From contig CBDUVB010000003.1 of assembly GCA_965370555.1 (NCBI GenBank), positions 20,357 through 84,356 on the forward strand: a stretch of DNA of 64,000 bases, given 5' to 3'. This stretch comes from an uncultured bacterium. GTDB taxonomy: Bacteria > Bipolaricaulota > Bipolaricaulia > UBA7950 > UBA9294. Below, piece after piece: positions 46,456-55,900 of the stretch. Numbering within the stretch: the first letter of the stretch is position 1; every line of letters begins with the position of its first letter. The notes under the pieces were generated by a model. That model saw only the letters and a list, made by a program, of their open reading frames with translations. It had not been told where the DNA came from and searched no databases. The position numbers and the translations under genes are program-made.

Positions 46456-46793
46456 CTCACCTTCCCTAAGCCAGGTGGGTTTAGCTTCTCCACCCGGACA
46501 ATCACCTTGTTTATCTTGGGAAACCGTTCAAGAAGGCCATTTGCGATCGCATCGGCAAAAGACTCGATGAGAAAATGTTTTCGCTGCCGGTTGATCTCGC
46601 GAACGGCGCTCACCAATTGAGCATAATCGACACTCTCCTCCAGAGAGTCCGTGGAAAACGCCTTGTGAAAAGCCCCCTCCACAGAAAGGTCGACTAAGAA
46701 ACGGTTCCCCTTCACTCGTTCTGCGCCATAGCATCCGTGAAACCCAAGGAGCTCGATCTTGGATACGATCAGACGCGCACTCTTTATCTTCAA
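46419..46793 (-). CDS. folB: dihydroneopterin aldolase
   Basis: 124 aa; FolB fold (IELLGFHGCYGAERVKGNRF). Confidence 0.85.
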   Translation of the reverse strand: MKIKSARLIVSKIELLGFHGCYGAERVKGNRFLVDLSVEGAFHKAFSTDSLEESVDYAQLVSAVREINRQRKHFLIESFADAIANGLLERFPKINKVIVRVEKLNPPGLGKVRCTAVELEKERR

Positions 46794-46836
46794 ATTTTCC
46801 TCTTCGCATTCCGCGCGGGAAATATATCCTACGCCG

Positions 46837-46892
46837 GAGGTTTCTACGATGTAGGTTCCTACTGCGTAGGTTCCTACTATGTAGGTTTCTCC
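46837..46892 (+). promoter_or_regulatory. array of 3-4 tandem perfect 5-2-5 palindromes GTAGGTTCCTAC (15-bp period) upstream of folB, at and downstream of the glyS stop
   Basis: GTAGGTTCCTAC ...3 nt... GTAGGTTCCTAC ...3 nt... GTAGGTTTCTCC, plus a degenerate upstream copy. Confidence 0.4.
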
Positions 46893-48943
46893 ACCCCAAT
46901 AACCCCGAAATCCCCGATCCTAAGGAAGAGATCGCTCAAGGAACGCAGGAATCCAAGGCGGTTTCGCCTGAGATCCTCTGCCTTGGCCATCACGAGGACG
47001 TCATCGAAGTAGCGATCGATCGATCCCTTCAGAGGAAGGAGGTGTTCGATTGCTTCCGAGTACCTCCCTGCATCGAGGAGACGGGCAAGGTTCCCCTCTG
47101 CTTTCAGGTACTCCCGCCACAAGATCCGTTCGGCTTCCTCGGCAAACAATGCGGGATCGAACCGGGTTTCCTCGATCCCTTTCGTGATGTTCCGCACCCG
47201 TGCAAAGGCGGCCGAGAGCCCCTGAAATTCCTCTTGACTACGCCAGGTGTCGAGGACCTGCGCACGCCGCAGGAGGCGGTAGACGTTCCCCATCTCCCCT
47301 GCGGAGACAGCGAGGATGATCTCGTTTGGGATCCTGTAACGTTGCTTGAGAATCTGGTTGGTCCGGTCGGCCAGGAACCTCTTCACGTCATTCATCTCCA
47401 TCTTCTGTTCCACTGTGGTATAGCTCTCGGTCACACGATCGAGGAGGGCAAAGAGATCCAGATCGACCTTCTTTTCCATCGCCAGGCGTATGAGGTTGTT
47501 CGCCTGACGTTTGATCCCGTAAGGATCGCGGGACCCGGTTGGTTCCTCCCCTACGAGGAGGGCCCCGGTCACTGTGTCGAGCTTATCGGCGAGGCTGATC
47601 ACGACTCCGGCATCGCTCTGCGGCAGCGCACCATCGAACGTGGCAGGGAGGTAGTGCTCGCGGATTGCCACAGCGACTTCCTCTGGTTCCTTATCCAATC
47701 GCGCATAGATCCCGCCTGCCACTCCCTGCAGCTCGGGGAAGGCCTTCACCATCTCGGTCACGAGGTCCGCCTTGCATAGGAACGCGGCGCGGTCAACGAG
47801 GTCGAGGGAACCTCGCCCCGTCGTCTTAGCGATCTCACCGGCCAGGGCGCGAACCCGTTCCATCTTCTCCCACAACGAACCGAGGCGAACATCGTATGTC
47901 ATATCGCGCAGCTCACGGACCCGCTCAGCGAATGAATGCTTGCGGTCCTTATCGAAGAAGAAACGCGAATCGCGCAGACGCGCGAGGACGACCCGCTCAT
48001 ATCCGGCACGGACGATTCCCTTCTCATCGGGAAGGCCGTCGCGGAACCCCATGAACGACGGGGTGGTCCCGTCGGGAAGGAGGAAGGGGACGAACTTCCC
48101 CTCCTCGCGCAACGTTGCCTGCACCACCTCGGCCGGGAGATCGAGGAAGGCCGCAGGAACATGTCCCAGTATTGGGGTGGGGTGCTCGGCCCCGTTGACG
48201 ATCCGTCCCAGGAGGTTTGGGTCGAGGAGGATTTTCCCGCCAAGCTCGTGTGCCGCCTCAGAAAGAGCTGTCTCCACCAACTGTTGCCTTGCCTCCGCGT
48301 CCACGATGACGAGGCCTTTCTTTAACTCCTCTTCGTACGTCGACGCCTCAGCAAGAGTCAGTCTCTCCTGAGAAAGGAATCGATGGGGACGGGTGATGCG
48401 ATCTGCCTGCAGTGATCCCAGCGATAAGGGAACGACCTCGTCTCCGAAGAGACAGACAAGCCACCGTATCGGACGGACGAAGCTGAGTCCTGATGCGTCC
48501 CAGCGCATCGCCTTGCTCAGGCGGAGTCCCTTTACCAATGAGGGAAGGATCTCGGGGAGGACCTCGACCGTCCGGCGCCCGGGGATCTTTAGGCGGAGGA
48601 AGGCGTAACGTTTACCTTTTTCCTCGATCTGAGTCAGGGAATCTACGCTCACCCCTTGACGTCGAGCAAACCCGATCGCCGCCTCGGTCGGTCGCCCCTG
48701 TACATCGAACGCGATTGCCGCAGGAGGACCTTTTACCTCTTCCACGCGATCCTCCTGATCCGCAGCGAGGTCACGCACGAAGAGGGCCAACCGGCGCGGC
48801 GTATAGCGCACCTCGATCTTACTATGCGGGAGGTGCTTTGAAGTGAAGGCCTCGTTCGCTGCCTCTTCCAGCTGGGTCGCGAGGGTGGGCACTTCCAGCG
48901 CCGGCATCTCCTCTGTTCCGATCTCAAAGAGCAGGTCAGGCAT
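46877..48943 (-). CDS. glyS: glycine--tRNA ligase beta subunit
   Basis: 688 aa; MPDLLFEIGTEEMP start. Confidence 0.93.
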   Translation of the reverse strand: MPDLLFEIGTEEMPALEVPTLATQLEEAANEAFTSKHLPHSKIEVRYTPRRLALFVRDLAADQEDRVEEVKGPPAAIAFDVQGRPTEAAIGFARRQGVSVDSLTQIEEKGKRYAFLRLKIPGRRTVEVLPEILPSLVKGLRLSKAMRWDASGLSFVRPIRWLVCLFGDEVVPLSLGSLQADRITRPHRFLSQERLTLAEASTYEEELKKGLVIVDAEARQQLVETALSEAAHELGGKILLDPNLLGRIVNGAEHPTPILGHVPAAFLDLPAEVVQATLREEGKFVPFLLPDGTTPSFMGFRDGLPDEKGIVRAGYERVVLARLRDSRFFFDKDRKHSFAERVRELRDMTYDVRLGSLWEKMERVRALAGEIAKTTGRGSLDLVDRAAFLCKADLVTEMVKAFPELQGVAGGIYARLDKEPEEVAVAIREHYLPATFDGALPQSDAGVVISLADKLDTVTGALLVGEEPTGSRDPYGIKRQANNLIRLAMEKKVDLDLFALLDRVTESYTTVEQKMEMNDVKRFLADRTNQILKQRYRIPNEIILAVSAGEMGNVYRLLRRAQVLDTWRSQEEFQGLSAAFARVRNITKGIEETRFDPALFAEEAERILWREYLKAEGNLARLLDAGRYSEAIEHLLPLKGSIDRYFDDVLVMAKAEDLRRNRLGFLRSLSDLFLRIGDFGVIGVEKPT

Positions 48944-49787
48944 CGTCTTCTCCCATCTTCAGGTATCCACGTGCGCACTCCTTCGTTAGATCACGGATAC
49001 GGCCGATGAAGCTCTCCCTCTCCGTCACGCTGATTGCTCCCCGCGCGTCGAGCACGTTGAATAGGTGCGAGCACTTGAGCGCGTAATCGTATGCCGGAAA
49101 GATCAGGCCGGCGGTGAGGCTATCGCGACACTCTTCGGCACAGAGCGAGAAGATGGTGTGGATCCGCTCGACCGTCGCACGCTCGAAATTGTAGGCCGAG
49201 AACTGACGCTCCTTCTCCCACCACAACCTTTGGTAGGAGATCTCATCGTTCCAATCAATGTCGTACACGCTCTCTTTCTCCTGCAGGAGAAGGGCGATCC
49301 GCTCCAACCCGTAGGTGATCTCGACCGAGATCGGATCGAGGGCGATCCCGCCCATCTGCTGGAAGTAGGTGAACTGAGTGATCTCCATTTCATCGAGCCA
49401 GACCTGCCACCCGACCCCCCACGCGGCAAGCGTAGGCGATTCCCAGTCATCCTCCGCGAACTTGACGTCGTGTTCGGCCAGCTTCAACCCCACCTCTTCC
49501 AGGCTCGCCAGGAATATCTCCTGGATCGTCGCTGGCGGGGGTTTCAACACGGCTTGGTACTGATGGTGCAGTCGCAGCCGGATCGGGTTCTCCCCGTAGC
49601 GACCGTCGCTCGGACGACGGCTCGGTTCTACGTAGCCAATCCGGCGAGGTTCCGGCCCCAACGCCCCAAAGAAGGTGGCAGGGTTGAATGTCCCCGCCCC
49701 TGTCTCCACGTCGTAGGGGTGAAGGATCAGGCACCCCTGGTGCTTCCAGAACGTGTGCAGCCGAAGGATGAGCTCTTGAAAATTCAT
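48936..49787 (-). CDS. glyQ: glycine--tRNA ligase alpha subunit
   Basis: Start trimmed to MNFQELILRLHTFW...; the upstream part of the track ORF overlaps rplT. Confidence 0.93.
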   Translation of the reverse strand: MNFQELILRLHTFWKHQGCLILHPYDVETGAGTFNPATFFGALGPEPRRIGYVEPSRRPSDGRYGENPIRLRLHHQYQAVLKPPPATIQEIFLASLEEVGLKLAEHDVKFAEDDWESPTLAAWGVGWQVWLDEMEITQFTYFQQMGGIALDPISVEITYGLERIALLLQEKESVYDIDWNDEISYQRLWWEKERQFSAYNFERATVERIHTIFSLCAEECRDSLTAGLIFPAYDYALKCSHLFNVLDARGAISVTERESFIGRIRDLTKECARGYLKMGEDDA

Positions 49788-49788
49788 C

Positions 49789-50151
49789 CTACCCCTTGAC
49801 CGCTTCCTCCTTGGCCATCCCCGCGATGGCGGTAAAGGTTTCAGGGTCGCGAATCGCGATTTCCGACAGCATCTTCCTGTTAAGAGCGATCCCTCGCCGT
49901 TCAAGCCCGCCGATCAATGCCGAGTAGGAGAGCCCGTTCTGCTTCGCCGCAGCGCCGATTCGCACGATCCATAACCGTCGGAAGTCGCGCTTGCGACGAC
50001 GACGGTCGATGTAACTGTTGCGCAGGGCCTTCATAACCGCCTGTTTCGCGATGCGGTGCGACGTCCCACGTTTCCCCCGGAACCCCTTGGCGAGGGTCAT
50101 GATCTTCTTGCGACTCTCTTTTCGTTTATTTCCTCCACGTGCTCGTGGCAT
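49789..50151 (-). CDS. rplT: 50S ribosomal protein L20
   Basis: 120 aa; ARGGNKRKESRKKIMTLAKGFRG. Confidence 0.93.
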   Translation of the reverse strand: MPRARGGNKRKESRKKIMTLAKGFRGKRGTSHRIAKQAVMKALRNSYIDRRRRKRDFRRLWIVRIGAAAKQNGLSYSALIGGLERRGIALNRKMLSEIAIRDPETFTAIAGMAKEEAVKG

Positions 50152-50176
50152 CTTCCTCTCCTTCTATCTAATAATC

Positions 50177-50371
50177 TTAGCTTCCGATCATTCGCTTGAT
50201 GTTCTTTGCCATACCGCCTGTAAGCTCTTTCCCTTGACGTGCCTGACGGATCGACTTCGAGCGTTTATTCGAGTTCTTGTGGAAGTAATTGGACATTTGA
50301 TGGAAGAGCTTTCCGCTCTTTGACAGCTTGAACCGTTTACTCGCTGCCCGATGTGTCTTTTGTTTGGGCAT
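50177..50371 (-). CDS. rpmI: 50S ribosomal protein L35
   Basis: 64 aa; MPKQKTHRAASKRFK. Confidence 0.9.
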   Translation of the reverse strand: MPKQKTHRAASKRFKLSKSGKLFHQMSNYFHKNSNKRSKSIRQARQGKELTGGMAKNIKRMIGS

Positions 50372-50383
50372 TTTGAACCCTCC

Positions 50384-50896
50384 TTATCCTTGCTGTTGCC
50401 CTGTTGGAACGAGCAACATCTGCAGTATCTTTCCTCTTGCTTTCGGTGGATCATCCACCCGAGCAATGTCGGCAAGTTCCGTAGCGACTCGTTTCAATAG
50501 ATCTTGCCCCCGAGACTTGTGAACGATCTCACGACCGCGGAAGAAGATTGAGACCCGGACCGTATCTCCCTGGGTCAGAAATTTACGCACCCGCTTCATC
50601 TTCGTCTGAAAATCGTGCTCTCCGATCTTGATCGTGAACTTCATCTCCTTCAAACGGGAGCGGTGTTTCTGTTTCCGGTCGCGCTTCTCCTGTTGATAGT
50701 GGTACTTCCCGTAATCGACGATCTTGCAGACGATCGGCCGGGCCTGCGAGGCCACCTCGACCAGATCGAGGTTCCGTTCCTTAGCAAGGGCAAGCGCATC
50801 TGCGGTCGCCATGGCGCCCAGGTTCTCACCCTTATCATCGATCACCAGGACCTCGGGTTCACGAATTCGCTCGTTGACGCGTAGCTTTCTTTTGAT
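50384..50896 (-). CDS. infC: translation initiation factor IF-3 with a probable non-AUG (AUC/AUU-class) start
   Basis: The IF-3 N-domain continues in frame upstream of the first Met (IKRKLRVNERIREPEVLVIDDKGE...), preceded by GGAGGT. The C-domain matches IF-3 (KEMKF...HDF.TK). Confidence 0.8.
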   Translation of the reverse strand: MKRKLRVNERIREPEVLVIDDKGENLGAMATADALALAKERNLDLVEVASQARPIVCKIVDYGKYHYQQEKRDRKQKHRSRLKEMKFTIKIGEHDFQTKMKRVRKFLTQGDTVRVSIFFRGREIVHKSRGQDLLKRVATELADIARVDDPPKARGKILQMLLVPTGQQQG

Positions 50897-50910
50897 ACCT
50901 ACCTCCCTTT

Positions 50911-51528
50911 TTATCGTATCTCAGCCGGTTGCCGATCTCGGTACAAGCCGTGCTCTTCGATATATGTGGCGACGCTGAGTGGCACGCAATCCATTACTGT
51001 CTCTCCCTGCTTCACCCGGTTGCGGACCCAGGTTGAGGATAGGTCGACCTCCTCCATCTCCAAGAAGTGAATCCGTGCTCGATCGAACGGGGGGACTCGG
51101 AACGTCTCCTTCGAGATCTCGTTCCGCGGTGCGATCAGGAATGGAACGCTTGCGAGGAGTGCCTGCGGTTCCCTCCACGTCTCGATCTGAACGAGCAGGT
51201 CCGCTCCAACGATAAAACAGAGCCCTACATGGTACTCCCGTTTCAACGCGCGGATCGTATCGATCGTGTAGGAGGGGCCCAAACGGTCGATCTCAATTCG
51301 CGAGACGGAGAAGCGAGTGTCCGCAGCGATCCCTTGTTCCACCATTGCATACCGATCCTCTTTGCTCACCCCCTCTGCGACCTCCTTGTGAGGGGGTATC
51401 CCGCTGGGGATGAAGACTACCTCGGAGAGCCCGAACTGCTCGATCGCCGTACGCGCCACGAGGATATGCGCCTCGTGCAACGGGTTGAACGTCCCGCCGA
51501 AGAGCCCTACCCTACCTGCTAAGTTCAA
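50911..51528 (-). CDS. nadD: nicotinate-nucleotide adenylyltransferase
   Basis: GLFGGTFNPLH motif. Start set to the TTG eight codons before it; the alternative ATG at 51597 would overlap obgE by 86 nt. Confidence 0.8.
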   Translation of the reverse strand: MNLAGRVGLFGGTFNPLHEAHILVARTAIEQFGLSEVVFIPSGIPPHKEVAEGVSKEDRYAMVEQGIAADTRFSVSRIEIDRLGPSYTIDTIRALKREYHVGLCFIVGADLLVQIETWREPQALLASVPFLIAPRNEISKETFRVPPFDRARIHFLEMEEVDLSSTWVRNRVKQGETVMDCVPLSVATYIEEHGLYRDRQPAEIR

Positions 51529-52786
51529 GTTGAACCTCGCCGATCTGTACCAGGTCTCCGTGCTCGAACCCTTGCCGGTTGAGTTCTCGCAGCACACCCA
51601 TCTTCTCCAGTCGCTCGCTCAGGTACTCCCGCGCGTCTCGGCTGTCGAGGATCAACTTTCCCACCAGTCTCTCAACGGCAGCTCCTCTGACCACATACAG
51701 ATCTCCGTCCCGTTCTACTCGGAACCCTTCTTCCCCGTGATACCGGTAGACCCTTCGTTGTACGATCTCCCCCTCATCCGAGGCAACAACCGTCAGAGAC
51801 TGTAGGATATTGTACGTCCTCATTACAATATCCCGCACCCCGGAGCTGGTGGCGACGGAAATCGGGAAAAGCTCGACCCCGAACTCGGAGAATCGTGCCT
51901 TCTCCTCCTCTACATCCGACTGATCCAAAAGGTCGATCTTGTTTCCCACAACGATCTGCGGACGCGTCGCCAACGCAGGGCTGAATGCTGCCAATTCCTC
52001 GTTTATCCGCTGGTAATCGCGGAGAGGATCTTGTCCTTCGAGCTTGGCGAGATCGATCAGGTGAAGCAACACTCGCGTTCGCTCCACATGCCTGAGGAAC
52101 TGATATCCGAGTCCCTTCCCGACGTGTGCCCCCTCGATCAACCCCGGTATGTCGACAGCGACAAATTGGTGCTCACCGTCTATGTCGACCACGCCAAGGT
52201 TGGGTACCAACGTGGTGAACGGGTAGTCCGCTACCTTCGCCCGCTTCCCCGAGATGCGAGAGATGAGGCTCGACTTGCCCACGTTCGGATAGCCGATGAT
52301 CCCCACGTCGGCTATCAGCTTCAGCTCAAGGGCGAGGGTCTTCTCCTCCCCTTTTGTCCCTCGCTCGCAGATCCGCGGGGCCTGTCTGACCGAGTTGGTG
52401 AAGCTCCGGTTTCCCCGTCCGCCTGCACCTCCCTTTACCAGGACGATTTCTTCTCCCGGCCGGGAAAGGTCAGCGATGATCTCCCTTGTGGAGAGGTTGC
52501 GTACCACCGTTCCCACAGGGACGAGGATCACCTTGTCTTCTCCACACGCGCCCTGCTTGTTATTGCTCCCTCCGTCAACTCCCGCGTCGGCACGGAACTT
52601 TGGGCGATTGCGAAACGCATACAGGGTGGAAAGACTCGCCGAACTTCGCATTACTACCGAGCCGCCACGTCCGCCGTTTCCACCGTCCGGTCCACCCTTC
52701 CAGTTGTGTTTGTTAGAGATGAATCGGATCACTCCGTTCCCTCCACGTCCACCCTGGACACGGATCGTTGCTTCATCAATGAACAT
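51512..52786 (-). CDS. obgE: GTPase Obg/CgtA with a C-terminal OCT domain
   Basis: Start trimmed to MFIDEATIRVQGGRGGNG; Gly-rich Obg fold, G1-G5 motifs, C-terminal TIGR03595-like domain. Confidence 0.9.
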   Translation of the reverse strand: MFIDEATIRVQGGRGGNGVIRFISNKHNWKGGPDGGNGGRGGSVVMRSSASLSTLYAFRNRPKFRADAGVDGGSNNKQGACGEDKVILVPVGTVVRNLSTREIIADLSRPGEEIVLVKGGAGGRGNRSFTNSVRQAPRICERGTKGEEKTLALELKLIADVGIIGYPNVGKSSLISRISGKRAKVADYPFTTLVPNLGVVDIDGEHQFVAVDIPGLIEGAHVGKGLGYQFLRHVERTRVLLHLIDLAKLEGQDPLRDYQRINEELAAFSPALATRPQIVVGNKIDLLDQSDVEEEKARFSEFGVELFPISVATSSGVRDIVMRTYNILQSLTVVASDEGEIVQRRVYRYHGEEGFRVERDGDLYVVRGAAVERLVGKLILDSRDAREYLSERLEKMGVLRELNRQGFEHGDLVQIGEVQLELSR

Positions 52787-52818
52787 GGGGGATAGGTGGA
52801 GAGACCATCGAGCGAGTT

Positions 52819-53076
52819 CTATCCCCCCTGCGCAGGGATGACGCTTACGTATTTTTTCTTTCGCCCGTCGAACTGAACATACCCTGGAACGGTCGCATAG
52901 ATCGTGTAGTCCCGGCCCAGGCCGACATTCTTGCCTAAACCGTACTTGGTGCCGTGCTGGCGAACGATAATCGTACCAGAGTTCACCCATTCCCCGCCGA
53001 ATCTCTTTACACCAAGGCGTTGACCTGGGCTATCGTGTACATTAGTAGTTGAGCCAGTGCTCGTCTTATGTGCCAT
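52819..53076 (-). CDS. rpmA: 50S ribosomal protein L27 (no N-terminal propeptide)
   Basis: [26 protein letters not shown]; begins directly at the mature AHK. Confidence 0.93.
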   Translation of the reverse strand: MAHKTSTGSTTNVHDSPGQRLGVKRFGGEWVNSGTIIVRQHGTKYGLGKNVGLGRDYTIYATVPGYVQFDGRKKKYVSVIPAQGG

Positions 53077-53088
53077 CCGTACTCCTTT

Positions 53089-53412
53089 CTATACCCTTAT
53101 CATCGCGGGAGCCTCGTGCACCACGAGGTCATCGGGATATTCCTCTGCCAACATCTTGAATCCAACAACGATGGTCTCCATGATCGCGTCGATCTCACGA
53201 TTCAGGTGTGGATCGCTCCGATCGATAATGAGACTAATCTCCTTGTCAACCTTAAACTCGGGAGAGAGATGTAGGTACTCGGTCATCGAGGCGTCCGCCG
53301 CCCGCAAGAACTGGAGAACACCTATCATCGCTGGGCTCCCTGCCTCCATCTCTCCGCCGACAAGGCCAAAGATTCTATTCTTCTCGTCGCGTTGAACGAA
53401 GATCTCTCCCAC
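53089..53412 (-). CDS. Prp-like (DUF464) protein between rplU and rpmA, apparently lacking the catalytic His/Cys dyad
   Basis: 107 aa from a GTG start; positionally and loosely sequence-similar to the ribosomal-processing cysteine protease Prp, but GGEMEAGSPAMIGVL sits where GHAGYAEHG...DIVCAA is expected. Confidence 0.45.
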   Translation of the reverse strand: MGEIFVQRDEKNRIFGLVGGEMEAGSPAMIGVLQFLRAADASMTEYLHLSPEFKVDKEISLIIDRSDPHLNREIDAIMETIVVGFKMLAEEYPDDLVVHEAPAMIRV

Positions 53413-53425
53413 GTTAATTAGCCCC

Positions 53426-53740
53426 TTATGCTTCGATCGCCGTGATCTTCGTTCGCATATAGGACTGGCGATGTCCCTGCTTACGGCGATAACCCTTCTT
53501 GCTCTTATACTTGTAGACGATGATCTTATCGCCCCGTCCTTCCTCGTGGATCTCACCCTTTACGGTAACCCCATCGAGATAGGGCGTTCCCACGCGGACT
53601 TCGCTTTCATCGACGACGAGAAGGACCTTATCGAAGGTGATCGTCTCGCCAACTTCGATGCTATCAATCCGTTCGTGATCGAGGAAAATCCCGTTCTCGA
53701 CACGATACTGTTTACCACCGGTTTCGATTACTGCATACAT
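53426..53740 (-). CDS. rplU: 50S ribosomal protein L21
   Basis: MYAVIETGGKQYRV start. Confidence 0.9.
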   Translation of the reverse strand: MYAVIETGGKQYRVENGIFLDHERIDSIEVGETITFDKVLLVVDESEVRVGTPYLDGVTVKGEIHEEGRGDKIIVYKYKSKKGYRRKQGHRQSYMRTKITAIEA

Positions 53741-53798
53741 AGAAAGGCACCTCAACCAAGCTTGATTTTAGCGATCCTTGCTTCCTATTGCAAACACC

Positions 53799-55742
53799 CT
53801 ATCCGACCGGAGTTCCCGGCGGGACCTCACGGTCGGGCACAAGAAGGGTGAGTGTCTTACCCTTCGCAGCGAGGATCATGCACTCCGATTTTACACCACG
53901 GATGGTGGTCGGTTCGAGGTTGACGAGAACAACGGTGAGCTGATTCGTCAACTGGTCCAGGCTGTAAGCCGTTCGGATCCCAGCGACACTCGTCAGCGTC
54001 TCCCCTCCGATGTCGATAGTCAACCGGTAGAGCCGGTCCGCATTTGGAATCGGTTCGGCAGCCCTGATCGTCCCCACCCGCAGATCGAGCTTCTCTACCT
54101 CCGAGAAGGTGATCATCTTGCGTACAGGGGCCTCGACCTTCTTTCTCATCTTCTCAACATCGATCCGTTCGAGGAGGACCCGTTCACCGGTGATCCTCCG
54201 TCCTGCATCCATCGCCTCAATCTCCTCCCAGCACGGCTCCGAGACCCCCATCGACCGCAAGATAGGTCCGGAGAACCCCGGCAGAAACGGAGAGAGGAGG
54301 ATCGCCATCACCTTGACGAGGTGGAAGGCGCTCGCCACTCCCTGCGCATCCTCGGTCGCCCACGGGGCCTTCCGTTGGAAGTACCCGTTACCGAAGACTG
54401 CGAGGGAACAGACGACGCGCAGGGCTCGACTGAGATTCCCCGTTCCCATCTCCTTTTCGTAGGAAGCGAGTGTGCGATCCAGGTGGTCCGCTATCTCTGG
54501 ATCGAGTGTCGTATCAGGGACGACCCGATCGTAGCGGGTTTGGACAAAGGAGAGGACTCGGTTGATCAGGTTGGCCACGTTGGAGATCAGGATTCCGTTG
54601 ATTGCCTTATCGAGCTCCTCCCACGAGAAGTTGACGTCGCGCCCCTCCGGCCGGTTGTACAACAGGTAGAACCGCCACAGATCCCCGGCCATCAATTCAA
54701 GGGCATCGTCGCAGTAGAGCCCGACCCCATTGGTCTTAGAGAACTTCTCCCCATCGATCCAATTCAGGTACTCAGTCGCCGCGATCTGATCGGGGAGGTG
54801 ATATCCCACTCCGGAAGCAATCAACTGGCCGGGAAAGATCAGGGTATGGAACGTGATGTTATCCTTGCCAAGCGTGTAGATTTGGTGGAGATCATCGCCG
54901 AACCAGAAGTCCTTCCACCCATCTTCCCCATGGAAGTGTTCGATCGTTGCCGAGACGTAGCCAAGCGCGGCCTCTCCCCACACGTAGATCACTTTCCCCT
55001 CGGCTCCAGCGAATGGAGCCGCGATCCCCCAATCGATATCGCGCGTCATCGCACGCGGCCTCAGTCCATCATCGATCATCTGCTGGGTGAATCGATGCAC
55101 ATTCCCTTGGAAATTTCGGGAGATAACGTATTGGGAGAGGGCAGGGCTGAGCTTGGCGAGGTCGAGGTACCAGTGTCGAGTCGAACGGAAATCGATATCC
55201 CCCTTCCCACAGAAGCTGCAGGAGGGATCGACTAGCTCCTCGGGTTCGAGGATCGCTCCGCACGCATCGCATTGGTTTCCCATCGCTCCGGACGCCCCGC
55301 AACGCGGACAAGTCCCGGTGATCAACCGATCGGCGAGGAATATCTGGCAGTTGCGGCAGTACGCCCGTTCCTCGTCCTGGGTTGCGATGTAGCCGTTCGC
55401 CTCCATCTGCAGGTAGATCTCCCGCACAAACTCCGTGTGGACCGGCGATTCGGTTGTCGTATAGTTGTCAAACGCGATCCCGAACCCTTTGATCACTGCG
55501 CAGATCCGTTCGTGGTTGCTGCGGGCAAGCTCCGCCGGGGAGACCCCCAACTGCTTCGCCTCGTACTCGATCCGCGTGCCGTGGGCGTCCGTCCCCGAAA
55601 CGTAGAGAACGTCATGCCCACGCAGGCGGTAGTAACGGGTGAAGACATCGCCAGAAAGGAGGGAGGAGACGAGATTCCCCAGGTGGGGAATCCCCGAAGC
55701 GTACGGCCACGCGCTACAGACTAAAACACGTTTCTTGCTCAT
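53799..55742 (-). CDS. metG: methionine--tRNA ligase with a C-terminal EMAP-like tRNA-binding domain
   Basis: HLGN (HIGH) and KFSKT (KMSKS) motifs, zinc knuckles, C-terminal OB-fold tRNA-binding domain; start trimmed to MSKKRVLV. Confidence 0.93.
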   Translation of the reverse strand: MSKKRVLVCSAWPYASGIPHLGNLVSSLLSGDVFTRYYRLRGHDVLYVSGTDAHGTRIEYEAKQLGVSPAELARSNHERICAVIKGFGIAFDNYTTTESPVHTEFVREIYLQMEANGYIATQDEERAYCRNCQIFLADRLITGTCPRCGASGAMGNQCDACGAILEPEELVDPSCSFCGKGDIDFRSTRHWYLDLAKLSPALSQYVISRNFQGNVHRFTQQMIDDGLRPRAMTRDIDWGIAAPFAGAEGKVIYVWGEAALGYVSATIEHFHGEDGWKDFWFGDDLHQIYTLGKDNITFHTLIFPGQLIASGVGYHLPDQIAATEYLNWIDGEKFSKTNGVGLYCDDALELMAGDLWRFYLLYNRPEGRDVNFSWEELDKAINGILISNVANLINRVLSFVQTRYDRVVPDTTLDPEIADHLDRTLASYEKEMGTGNLSRALRVVCSLAVFGNGYFQRKAPWATEDAQGVASAFHLVKVMAILLSPFLPGFSGPILRSMGVSEPCWEEIEAMDAGRRITGERVLLERIDVEKMRKKVEAPVRKMITFSEVEKLDLRVGTIRAAEPIPNADRLYRLTIDIGGETLTSVAGIRTAYSLDQLTNQLTVVLVNLEPTTIRGVKSECMILAAKGKTLTLLVPDREVPPGTPVG

Positions 55743-55900
55743 CCGTTCCCTCCCCCTCCACGGCAAACCAGGATAGGGTAGAATTATATCCCGGTTCGAG
55801 GAGGGCGCCAATCAAAAGCAGAAAGGTCGGATACGCGCTGGTCGTCTTTGCCACCGCTGGTTGGGCAAGCCTGGGCCTGCTGGGGAAGCTCGCTTTCGCC

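Noticed and set aside
46528-46899. A 123-aa ORF on the minus strand overlapping folB and glyS
   Set aside because: It overlaps two well-supported genes in other frames and its translation is Arg-rich low complexity.
47042-50323. Multiple plus-strand ORFs antisense to glyS, glyQ and rplT (for example 47042..47779, 49065..49799, 50018..50323)
   Set aside because: They are antisense to strongly conserved genes and have no domain signatures; they are high-GC frame artefacts.
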